Source: a virus. Taken from it: a stretch of 64,000 nt of DNA. Shown one piece after another: positions 49,079 through 58,889 of this stretch. The notes beneath the pieces are model-generated. The model did no database searches. It was not told the DNA's origin and saw only the letters and a list, made by a program, of their open reading frames with translations. The DNA lies in IMG/VR virus record IMGVR_UViG_3300027734_000048, positions 52,567 to 116,566 of that record; one strand, written 5' to 3'. Within the stretch, counting starts at the first letter, position 1. The number at the start of each line of letters is the position of its first letter. The position numbers and the translations under genes are program-made.

Positions 49079-50101
49079 ATGGCACATGACCTAGAAACAC
49101 AAAACGGCGTTGCATCTTTTGCATCATTCCGTGAACCCGCTTGGCATGGATTGGGTACCGTATTTACAGAAGAGAAAACAACTAGCGAGATGCTATCAGC
49201 AGCAAATCTCAATGGTTGGAATGTTCGTCTGGAAGATTTGGAAACCCCATCGCATCTATCAAGCGACAAGTCGTACCAATATGTATTGCGTACAAACCCT
49301 ACAGACAACACACAAACCGATATTCTTGGAATCGTTGGTGAGCGTTATGTCCCTCTACAGAATGAAGATTTATTCTCATTCGGTGATAACATTCTAGATG
49401 GTGGTGGTCGTTGGGAGACTGCTGGTGCTATCAAGGGTGGTCGTGTAGTATTCGGCTCTCTTGCTCTTGAGCGTGAGACTGTACTAGACCCAAATGGTGT
49501 TGCAGATAAGGTAAAGACTTATTTGCTCATTAACACATCACACGATGGCTCTATTGCAATTCAAGCATCTATTACACCTGTTCGTGTTGTATGTGCTAAC
49601 ACTCTTAACCTTGCTCTTGGTGGCGTAGGTCGTAAGAAGAATAAGGGCATCAAGCAATCATTCAAGATTCGCCACACGCAAACAGCAGAAGGCAAAATCC
49701 AAATTGCTCGTGAGACTCTTGGTCTTGCTAATGCTTACATGGACGAATTCGACATCATGGCTAAGGCAATGATTGAGAAGGAAGTCAATGCTAAATCGTT
49801 TAACGATATTATTCTCGCTGCTTATCCTAAGCCAGAAAAAGATGCTAAGGGTGCAATCAAGAAGTGGGAAAACAAGGTCGATATTATTAACGACATCTAC
49901 ACAGGTGAATTTAATGGTATGATTGCTGGCAATGCGTGGGGTGCGTTTAATGCACTTACAGAACGCCTTGACTGGTACCGCTCTGCTCGTGGTGGTTCTA
50001 ACGAATCTATCCTTGCATCAGCATCAGGATTTGACCCTGCAATTAACGCAGAGAAAAATCGTTTGCTAAAAGTTGTACAAAATGTAATGCAACTTTCATA
50101 A
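49079..50101 (+). CDS. DUF932/TIGR03299-family phage protein
   Basis: MAH.LE...REPAWHGLG, ETAG...GG..VF, YLL..TSHDGS, TPVRVVCANTL, RHT, G.AWG.FNA.TE..D. Confidence 0.8.
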   Translation: MAHDLETQNGVASFASFREPAWHGLGTVFTEEKTTSEMLSAANLNGWNVRLEDLETPSHLSSDKSYQYVLRTNPTDNTQTDILGIVGERYVPLQNEDLFSFGDNILDGGGRWETAGAIKGGRVVFGSLALERETVLDPNGVADKVKTYLLINTSHDGSIAIQASITPVRVVCANTLNLALGGVGRKKNKGIKQSFKIRHTQTAEGKIQIARETLGLANAYMDEFDIMAKAMIEKEVNAKSFNDIILAAYPKPEKDAKGAIKKWENKVDIINDIYTGEFNGMIAGNAWGAFNALTERLDWYRSARGGSNESILASASGFDPAINAEKNRLLKVVQNVMQLS

Positions 50102-50139
50102 CAAAAAAATCCTGAGCACGATTTAAAACTGCTCAACAT

Positions 50140-50213
50140 GGTCCGTTAGAATAGTTGGTTAGTTCGCTACCCTGTCACGGTAGAGGTCACGGGTTCAAGT
50201 CCCGTACGGATCG
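50140..50213 (+). tRNA. tRNA-Asp(GTC)
   Basis: Acceptor GGTCCGT/ACGGATC; anticodon arm CTACC-CTGTCAC-GGTAG; GGTTCAAGTCC T-arm. Confidence 0.9.
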
Positions 50214-50343
50214 CAAGTAATAAATATGCAAGTGAATGCATAAAAATGCGGGACGTCGGCTGTGACCTAAATCACATGACATTTTTAATAAAAAACAATT
50301 ACGAAGACTTGATTTTTTCCCCAGTCCATGAGATAATTAATAT

Positions 50344-53173
50344 ATGACCCAAACAACCAAACCATACACAATAGATGAACTAATGCAAAAAATATATGAT
50401 GAGAATTTTTCTCATTTTGATTTCATGGACAACATGAATGGTGGAGAATGTGATTGTAAATTACATATAGCAATGGATTTGATGTATGAATATGGGGGTG
50501 GATTATGTTAGGCTATAATAAAACAGATCTAGATGATATGACAGAAGGTTTGTCAGTGGTCTTGGATACAATTAAGGATAACCCATATGTTTACAATAGC
50601 GTATGGAAAGCAAGAGACCTACTTGAGGGTCTATGGGCAGAAGGGTACTTTGACTACAAATGAAAGTTAAAATCAGTCTTGAACAAACCATAGATATTGA
50701 TGAAGCAATGTCTAATGATATAGGGTTTGAACTCTATGGTCCCTCTGATATGAGCACGGAAGATAAAGTAGATTATCTAATGGCTAGATTTGCTGAAGAC
50801 ATAGATACTATGGTAAAGTATGATGAAGTGTTGGGCAACATCTCAGTAGAATATATAGAGGACTAATATGTGGACTAAGTATAGTTATGTTTGTACAGAC
50901 TGTGATTCTTTAATTGAGGTTACTACAAATACCGTGCCAGTTATGGATCCAGGCTGTGTATGTGGCTTAGATACCTTCGTTACTCGTACTGCCATGGAGC
51001 CAACGGTACAGCCTAATGTGACGAGTATCACACCCACAGGGCTTGTAAAAATCAACTCAAACCCCTATAATTAATATATGGACCTAAATACATTTAGAGA
51101 ATATATCAGACTACACGCCATATCCCTTGAACAGGATTTGGAAAACGAGGACGGTGCTGATAGCATTGTTCCTTACCTAGAAGGAGCCATTCATGTATCC
51201 AAACACTACTTGGAGGTTTTAAATGGATAAGATGACATTAGACCCATACCTAATGAAACAGGTAGACATGGGTATGGACGGAGCAGACATTCTGCACGGA
51301 CACCTAAAGACTATGATGTATGAGGCTGAACAACAGTTAGACCTATGCATTGAGGCAGAGGAGTACTCAGAGGAAGCCATGGACTCTATGGCTCGTACGG
51401 AGGCTTCAGGATACCTTGACGCACTATCTGAGGTTTATGCCTTGACCTATGCCATTGCTTTTGCCAAAGAAGATATTAAGAACCGTAAGGAGATTCTTGG
51501 TGAATAACTTTGTTGAGTTAGATTATGATGAATGGGTTGATACGTATAAGCCTATTCTTAATCATATAGAGACAAATGCTTCCTTTGACGGTATGATGTT
51601 TGAGACCTATGGCGATGAGGTAGAGTTTGTCAAGGCAACTGATGAGAATCGTATCTGGATGTATGGAGACGGAGACGACGGTGGGTCTTACATATGGTCT
51701 GGCTGGGGCTTTGTTAATAGAATAGGATACTTTATCACTGAGGTACCTTTTCCTGATAATACTACTATTCAAGTTCAAGTCTCACTACCTTGGTTTTTCT
51801 GTGAGAACTGTAACGAAGAAATGGAAGACCCTGATAATACTATTAGAGATGCCTTTGATGAGGCAGACTTGCAAAAATGCCCTGAGTGTGCTACCCTTGA
51901 AGAAATGACCCTAGTAGGATTGGAAAATAAAATGGATAAAGACCCAATAAATGAAGTAGAACAAGATGAGGAAGAAACCGTGTTTCACTCATTCACAGAA
52001 CGGACGGTACAAATCTAATGCCTAAGTACACAGTAACAGCCACACGAGAGACTTACTATGAGTTTGAGATTGAGGCAGAGGATGAACTATCTGCTGAAGA
52101 TCAAGTAAGACAATTAGAACTTGAAGGTGACATTGAAACATATGCCTATGACTGGTATCCTTTAGAAGTACAATCAATCGAAGAGGAAGAGGAAGAGTAA
52201 TGGGAGCACGAATTAATTACGTATTCAAAGACAGTGAGTCAGGGCCTATGGTTGTACTCTATAGCCACTGGGGTCAGACTGAATGGGAGCGGGACCTAGC
52301 AATGGCCCTGCAACACGCAAAACCTCGTCTAGGTGATTCATCATATGGTACCCGTATGATTATTAGTTATCTTATTCAAGATAGCATTCTGGAAGAGACA
52401 GGGTTTGGTATCTATGCTATCGACAATGATGGCTATGACCTAGGAGAGCAAACCGTGCTCATCGACTTCACTAACAATACTATTACTGATAATGTATCAG
52501 TAGACTTTGATAAATTTGTGGCTGCGTATTCGCCACTAACTGTCTAAGGAGTGGGTCCCTTAGACTAATGGGGATGGGGTAAGTCCTGCAGATTTGCCCC
52601 TCCCCTTCTTTTGCGGTACAATAGATAAGAGAGGAGTATCATGCCTAGAAGTAGTATATATGCCAAGCCCTCGCATAATAAAGAATCAAGAAAAGCAGAG
52701 CAAATAGCAAAACTACTCACGGAAGATTTCTCTATTGACCTAGAGCGAGTTGGCTATTATTTGGTTAGAAATCTACCTATGATTGTTTTTCATAGGTTTG
52801 ATGTCCTTGCCTTGACAGCACAGGAAGAGCATGGTAAACTTATGGAAGAGATGAAAACAGGAGGCCCATCATGGCGGTAGAGTTTGCAGATAAAGCAGGT
52901 ATCTTAGGAACACTCTGGATCGAGTTCAGAGCAGATGAAGATTTTTCAGATTTTATTGAATACAATGACCTTGGATTACCAATGGCATATATGATTGCAG
53001 AAGGTTTGGTTAAAGAACTTACAGCAACAGGTGAATCATTAATCGATGAAACATTTAATATGTTTTGTGAATTGCTAGAAATCACAGAAGAAGATTTTGA
53101 TGCTCTTGATGATATTAACCTTGGTTCGGTTTTGATGTTTGCTTATAATAAAAAGCAGAACACAGCAGAATAA
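50344..53173 (+). CDS. run of about 11 small acidic early ORFs (includes 50660-50866, 50868-51074, 51223-51507, 51500-52018, 52018-52200, 52200-52547, 52641-52880, 52871-53173)
   Basis: Contiguous, coupled ORFs with RBSs; no function assignable from sequence alone. Confidence 0.55.
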
Positions 53174-53473
53174 TTAAACATTGCGAGGGGCCTTGCGCCC
53201 CTTGCTTTGTGCTGCCTGGACGGGACGTCAAACCATATCAAATCGGACATATTACCCAAACCACATTTTCTTATATAAACATTACGAAGATCAAATTCTT
53301 TTCCCCAAACGTGGAACTTTTATTTTTTAAAACAAAGATTACGAAGGACAAATATTTTTCCCCGTACCAAACCTTATATCAGACAAACCTTTATTTGTCA
53401 AGTATTCAAATAATATATCCAAACCCCTATATCATACAAACATTTGTTTGTCAAATAGGTGTATAATAATTTT

Positions 53474-53686
53474 ATGAGTCCAAGACATTTTTCTAGAACA
53501 ATGAATCCACAAATGGCAAGACAAGAAGATAAAGGTTTGGAACAAGTCTTTACTTCCTTTACTGTTCTTATAGGGTTGGGTAGATACTTTTCTCCAGATC
53601 CCGTCGTGGCAATGTCTAATAAGACTATCGAAGATCCAGAAGCGGGACGGGATCAAAAGATAAACCACTCTTCCCTATATAACTAA
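53474..53686 (+). CDS. possible small protein within the repeat-rich boundary
   Basis: TATAAT 6 nt before ATG 53474; otherwise low-information. Confidence 0.3.
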   Translation: MSPRHFSRTMNPQMARQEDKGLEQVFTSFTVLIGLGRYFSPDPVVAMSNKTIEDPEAGRDQKINHSSLYN

Positions 53687-54424
53687 TACCTGATATACAA
53701 ACACTTTTATCCAAACAATTTTTTGATTTGTTTTGGATATTTTTTATATCTTTTCAAATAAAATATTACGATAATCAAACATTTTTCCCCAAATTTGGAT
53801 ATTTTTGTCATACAATTTTGGTACAAAATGAAGTTGACAAACATAAGGTTTGGGTATATAATGCCATGTTTGGATATATGGATTTGACAAAGGTTTGGAT
53901 ATGTGATAGGGGGTTTGGCCCGTAAGATTACGACGCCCTTCTTATAAATGCTCTATACTCCACTATCCTCCACTTTACTCCACTTCTAGAATGTCAAACA
54001 ACATAATCAGTAATATTTATTTGTGGATAAACCTGTGGATAACTAACATTTTTATGACCTATATCTGTTAACCTTCATGTGATACTATAGGGTTATGGAA
54101 TGCAAACACTACTATGAAATTGATCTAGATGGCAAGGTTTCTTGCTCTAATTGTCATGCTGCAGTAGATGAAATTGAAACAAAAAATAACGATTTCTGGT
54201 CATCACAAATGAGTTTTGAGGAATAGGTTTTATATCTTATACTAGGGGTTATTGGGTCTTTCTTGACTTACCCGCTCCAAATTGCTATACTAGATACATG
54301 AATAAAGAATATCGAATTAAAGACAGATACTGGGTACAGGTGGGCTATTCAAAAGGCTTTGGTCTAGGCTTTCGTATTGATCGCTATTCAACAAATATAG
54401 ATTTCCTATGGTTTTGGATTAGCA

Positions 54425-54637
54425 TTGAGTACTAAGACATATGAAATCCCTGATCCATTCCAAACCTTTGTAGCCAAGAAATATGCCAATGCTAAAGGCT
54501 ATGTACATGACTGGTTTACTGGTGAATGGTCTTATACTTGCTCTACTTGTAAGGAAGATCTTTCTGGTCCATCCCGCAAAATTTTGACAAAGATCAGGTT
54601 ATATCATACAAGAAATGAGTGCCTTGGTGGATACTAA
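54425..54637 (+). CDS. small zinc-finger-like protein
   Basis: CSTC...H....C pattern, 70 aa. Confidence 0.45.
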   Translation: MSTKTYEIPDPFQTFVAKKYANAKGYVHDWFTGEWSYTCSTCKEDLSGPSRKILTKIRLYHTRNECLGGY

Positions 54638-54791
54638 TTGCTGCACAATTGATAAAGACAGTGAGTCCTTCTGGTATACCCATCAAACCATGCCTGATGG
54701 CCATATCTGGTGTCTCACCAAGTCTATGGTCGATAAGGCTAAGGCTGATATTAAGGCTAAGTATGGAAATAAGAAAAGACACAGACAGTAA

Positions 54792-55157
54792 ATGCCAATT
54801 AAATCTAAGGAAGAGCGTAATCGTGTCCAACGCCTATGGTATCAGCGCAATAAAGAAGCAAGACTAATCCAGATCAAATCTAAGGTATCTTGGATAAGAA
54901 AATATGTGTCTGACCATAAGGCTAATAACCCTATCTGTGTTGACTGTGGAATTGATTATCCTCCACATGTGTTAGATTTTGATCACTTACCAGAGTTTGA
55001 AAAATCTTTTGCTCTATCATCATCTGGTGTTAAGGGCAGAGGCTTAGACTCAGTTAATTCTGAGATAGCAAAATGTGAGATAGTCTGTGCCAATTGCCAT
55101 AGACATAGAACCTTTATGAGAAAAGCAGAAGCAAGGGCTAAAAGCAATGATAGTTAA
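54792..55157 (+). CDS. HNH endonuclease
   Basis: CVDCG...LDFDHL...EIAKCEIVCANCHRHRT. Confidence 0.85.
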   Translation: MPIKSKEERNRVQRLWYQRNKEARLIQIKSKVSWIRKYVSDHKANNPICVDCGIDYPPHVLDFDHLPEFEKSFALSSSGVKGRGLDSVNSEIAKCEIVCANCHRHRTFMRKAEARAKSNDS

Positions 55158-55190
55158 TTACCTAGACTGGCTTACTATTAATAATATAGA

Positions 55191-55430
55191 TTGGGAATAA
55201 TGACATACGACGAAATCTCTACTCAGATAGAGTCTTTGAAGACTGCTAGAGGTGGTTGGACTAAAGCCTCTCTTGCATCTCTTGGTGTACCCTGGCCTCC
55301 TCCTGCAGGTTGGAAGCAAAGACTACTAGATAAGGCAACAGATAGAACATGTGAACATAAGTGGTATATGAGATCACCTGGAATTCAGTGTGTAAATTGT
55401 TTTATAGTCTGGGAAAAGAGTATGGGATGA
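55191..55430 (+). CDS. hypothetical protein
   Basis: T.RGGWTK.SLA.LGVPWPPP.GWK motif plus C-terminal C.H...C..C. Confidence 0.55.
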   Translation: MGIMTYDEISTQIESLKTARGGWTKASLASLGVPWPPPAGWKQRLLDKATDRTCEHKWYMRSPGIQCVNCFIVWEKSMG

Positions 55431-55604
55431 GAATATTAATCTGTCCAGTCTGTAAAAAGGAATGGGATTTAAGATGGGGTATATTTGGACACGACTCCCT
55501 ATCTAGGCATATGAAGGCTAATCACCGATAGTGCCCGTGTAGGGCATGGGATGGTTTTATAATTCCTATTTTTGCCGAACTTTAAAAAATGCTATAATTA
55601 AAAT

Positions 55605-56489
55605 ATGCAAAAAGATTCAAACATAATAAATATGCTTCGCTTGGAAATGTATAGTACTTTTGTACTAAATGGGTATGGAATGCCATTTGGTTCAAGCATC
55701 ACTATTGATCCTAATACAAAGTACATCACAAATTCCCTTGGATTTCGCACACAAGAATTTGGTAAAACACCAGATTTTATTTTTGCTGGATGTTCTCACA
55801 CTTGGGGATGGGGTATTGACGAGTCTTTGATTTGGGGCAATCGTATTGCAAAAACCAAGCAGATCGAGACACGAAACCTTGGAATTAGTAATGGTTCTAT
55901 AACAACAATAATAGATAATCTAATCGCATATTTTGACAAATTTGGTAAGCCAAAAGTATTATTTTGTTTATTTCCAAGTTTAGCAAGAATGAATGTTTGG
56001 ACAGATAGAAGTGTATTTATTGGAAGACACGGATTTGATTCTTTAAGAGATACAGCCGTTCCAGTTAAGGGTGATCTTCCAAAATATTCACAAAAACCAC
56101 ACAAGTTAGAAGAGGTTTTAACTTCAGAACTACCAACCCTATTATCATTAAAATATATTTTAAATTTTGAGCAATACTGTATATCTAATAATATTATTTT
56201 TAAATATGCATTTTGGGATCCAACAGATGACCGAATGATGAATGGCTTACCCCACAATAATAGTTATCAGGGTTATGTTAAGTCTGACTCTGATCTATGG
56301 GTTAGAGATGGTATTGTTGAGGTTTTTAATGGATCTAAGGATTGTCACACACCATCTAACGAATTAGAGCAGTACGCATGGCTTCATGGTATGGATATAG
56401 AGTTATCAAGTTTGCCCCATATTGGCGCACATAGACAAATTCATTACTACGAACTATTTCTTAATGAATATGATAAGATTTATTCATGA
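55605..56489 (+). CDS. SGNH/GDSL-like hydrolase or acyltransferase
   Basis: NSLGFR...FAGCSHTWG.G...W...NLGI.NGS...H.G; paralog at 61483-62373. Confidence 0.6.
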   Translation: MQKDSNIINMLRLEMYSTFVLNGYGMPFGSSITIDPNTKYITNSLGFRTQEFGKTPDFIFAGCSHTWGWGIDESLIWGNRIAKTKQIETRNLGISNGSITTIIDNLIAYFDKFGKPKVLFCLFPSLARMNVWTDRSVFIGRHGFDSLRDTAVPVKGDLPKYSQKPHKLEEVLTSELPTLLSLKYILNFEQYCISNNIIFKYAFWDPTDDRMMNGLPHNNSYQGYVKSDSDLWVRDGIVEVFNGSKDCHTPSNELEQYAWLHGMDIELSSLPHIGAHRQIHYYELFLNEYDKIYS

Positions 56490-56604
56490 AATTTATACTA
56501 TTTTATTTAGAAAGACTTGTTAGGTCCATATTAAAGAAAAATAAAAAGAAAAAAGACTATACTTATTAGTCCAACATGTCTGTAGTATCTGGTATACTGT
56601 AATA

Positions 56605-56796
56605 ATGATTACAACACTATTAATTTTACTGACTTGGTATATTACAAAACTCTACTATACCCGAAGCATAAAATTTTATATGCCAGAACTACAAGAGCAC
56701 GGCCTGATCAATGCAAGATGCTCAAGATGTTCACAACACATCATCATTTCTGAAGAAGAAATGCGTACGCCATACTATTGCGTTGTGTGCAAGTAA
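56605..56796 (+). CDS. small membrane-anchored Zn-ribbon protein
   Basis: Hydrophobic N-terminus, CSRC...CVVC; leaderless promoter 56577-56598. Confidence 0.5.
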   Translation: MITTLLILLTWYITKLYYTRSIKFYMPELQEHGLINARCSRCSQHIIISEEEMRTPYYCVVCK

Positions 56797-57022
56797 AATA
56801 GGAGAAAAATGAAAACAACATATAAGTGTACAGAATGCAAGACAACTATTGCTATTACCACGAAAGTTCACGAATTGCCTGATTCAATCATATGCCCATG
56901 TGAAATGGTAATGCCAAAGGTATGATTCTTTATGTTTATTGGATATATGCTATGATAGGTATATCTGCAGTAGCAATAATAGAATCAATGTATCAATATT
57001 TTAAATCATTTAAGGAGAAATA

Positions 57023-57556
57023 ATGCACGTAATAATTTCACAACCAAGATCTGGATCAAACTTCATAATTGAAAATGTAAGAAAATTTTCAGATATTACA
57101 ATAGACAAACATCCATATACTCATCTATGGAATAAAGATTTTATAGAAAAAAGGTTTGAAAATAAATACATTTTGGTTATTAGAAAACCAATAGATGTTG
57201 TTGTTTCATCATTAATACATAGTTTTGCAAATAAAGAAGAAGAAGTTCAAATAAATGAAGATGTCTTAATAAAGTCTGCTGCAAGGTATTCAAGACACAT
57301 TGTGCCGTGTTCAATTGACGAAGTGCTTAAGTTTGATTTTAATGATCTAGTATCTCAACCTCATAGAGTTATATCAGCGATTACAGATTTAGACTTCAGT
57401 GATAAAGAGTTAATAGAGCCAGAAGGTCTACATGGATCTTTAAAAATGCACAAAGGCTATGAAGATTCATATAATTTTGCACTAAAACATTCTAGTATTT
57501 TTGATGAAGCAAATATTTTATATGAAGAAGCACTTTTAAAAACTATAAAGTTTTAA
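57023..57556 (+). CDS. sulfotransferase-like protein
   Basis: S.PRSGSNF (5'-PSB-like loop), IRKPIDVVVS (3'-PB-like), F.F.DL...P. Confidence 0.6.
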   Translation: MHVIISQPRSGSNFIIENVRKFSDITIDKHPYTHLWNKDFIEKRFENKYILVIRKPIDVVVSSLIHSFANKEEEVQINEDVLIKSAARYSRHIVPCSIDEVLKFDFNDLVSQPHRVISAITDLDFSDKELIEPEGLHGSLKMHKGYEDSYNFALKHSSIFDEANILYEEALLKTIKF

Positions 57557-57860
57557 TAGTTTTATTTACTAATCGAATCAATGATTTTTTCTTAATTTGT
57601 TTTGATGAGAATGTTTCAGTGTATCCATTTTGAGGCATATCTTCTTTACTAAGGAATACTGCATGTTTCTTTCTTAGCGTTTGTATTACTAGAGATTCTA
57701 CTGCTCTTGCCTTATCCCGCTCAAAAAAATGCCAATAACAAACCAGTTTCCATCCTTTGGCCCTATGGGATGCAAACCTTTTTCCAGATATATCCGATAT
57801 TCCTATTTTAATTGCACACATACCCTTATGATAAATAATATAAAGAATAGTTTCATCCAC
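57543..57860 (-). CDS. GIY-YIG-like nuclease
   Basis: LYII.H....IKIGIS....R...H...GW...A..VE...GYTETF. Confidence 0.6.
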   Translation of the reverse strand: MDETILYIIYHKGMCAIKIGISDISGKRFASHRAKGWKLVCYWHFFERDKARAVESLVIQTLRKKHAVFLSKEDMPQNGYTETFSSKQIKKKSLIRLVNKTIKTL

Positions 57861-58010
57861 GACTTTATGGTATCATATAAGTATGGAAAATCAAGAAAAA
57901 TGCAATCGTTGCGATCTGCCTGCCAAATATAACGATATTGATGAGGTATCAGACGGACAATACGAAGTTGTTGGTTTTTGTCAATGCCATATAACTAACT
58001 ATCTTGTTTC

Positions 58011-58196
58011 TTAATCTATAGCAACTGCTATATCTGATCCTTCAAAACATGTATTGCAATATGATTTAGGTTGATTGCTGTATCTTTCTCTGTATCCTAC
58101 CAAAACAATCTTACCATCACGATGTAGGTTTAAATATCTGTCATCAATATGACCATAAACAACTGGTATTAACTTATCATTACAAATAGGACACAT
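58011..58196 (-). CDS. small CxxC protein
   Basis: MCPIC...L.PVVYG...C..C; TGGTACACT 6 nt before ATG. Confidence 0.5.
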   Translation of the reverse strand: MCPICNDKLIPVVYGHIDDRYLNLHRDGKIVLVGYRERYSNQPKSYCNTCFEGSDIAVAID

Positions 58197-58475
58197 AGTA
58201 ATAGTGTACCATATTGACTTCTTGTACGCTTTAGTATATAATAGATATAAAGGAGGTAAGTTATGATTCATTCATTATTTTTGATTCCCGCTTTTATTAT
58301 GGGATATGTAGCATGCTATATTGCTATGACATATAGGGTTGATCAAGATTAAAGAGCCAAAGATCTTTCAAATGGACTGGCGTAGTCTTGGTTATTGGCC
58401 TGTCTGGAAAGATGGGAAGAAAGTTTGGGTCCCCAAAGACGATAAACCATCAGATGAATAGGGTATACTGATTAC

Positions 58476-58889
58476 ATGATTAACGAAAAGAGCAATTACT
58501 TTCAATCTGAATCTAAAAGAATTGGGGATGAATTTGAAGAACTTGTTTACCAAGACCTACTTGGTCGTGGATTTAATACTATTGATCGAGATTATTATTT
58601 TGCTGGTTCTGGGTGCGAAGTAGATTTTAGAGTACATTCAGATACTCGTTTTGAATATATAGAGGCAAAGGGCGGAAAAACAGGGGAAGGCAAAAGACCT
58701 GGGGCGCAAAGAACAGATAATGTAAAAAAAGCAATTGCCAATGGTGCTTTAATAAAAACATTTAACGACATATATTATGTTGTTTATTTTTCTGCAAAAC
58801 CTGAAGTTGGAAGTTATTCTGATGAAATGATTAATATTGCACTTAAATATAAAATCATTGATGAGGTTAGGTATCTACAAGATGCATGA
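58476..58889 (+). CDS. PD-(D/E)XK nuclease-like protein
   Basis: GDEFE.LV...L...GF...EVDF...IEAKGG...RTDNVKKA. Confidence 0.7.
   Translation: MINEKSNYFQSESKRIGDEFEELVYQDLLGRGFNTIDRDYYFAGSGCEVDFRVHSDTRFEYIEAKGGKTGEGKRPGAQRTDNVKKAIANGALIKTFNDIYYVVYFSAKPEVGSYSDEMINIALKYKIIDEVRYLQDA

Noticed and set aside
44566-50135. CTGAG-containing repeats as hammerhead ribozymes or intrinsic terminators
   Set aside because: They lack the CUGAnGA...GAAA core with three stems and lack U-tracts; a pseudoknot fits the covariation better
50140-50213. tRNA-Asp as an integration (att) site marking a prophage boundary
   Set aside because: No integrase, no duplicated tRNA 3' end and no host genes on either side in this window
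41701-53250. Recurring intergenic motifs as a CRISPR-like or IS-derived repeat family
   Set aside because: Elements are short boxes in variable order and orientation, with no constant repeat-spacer period and no transposase
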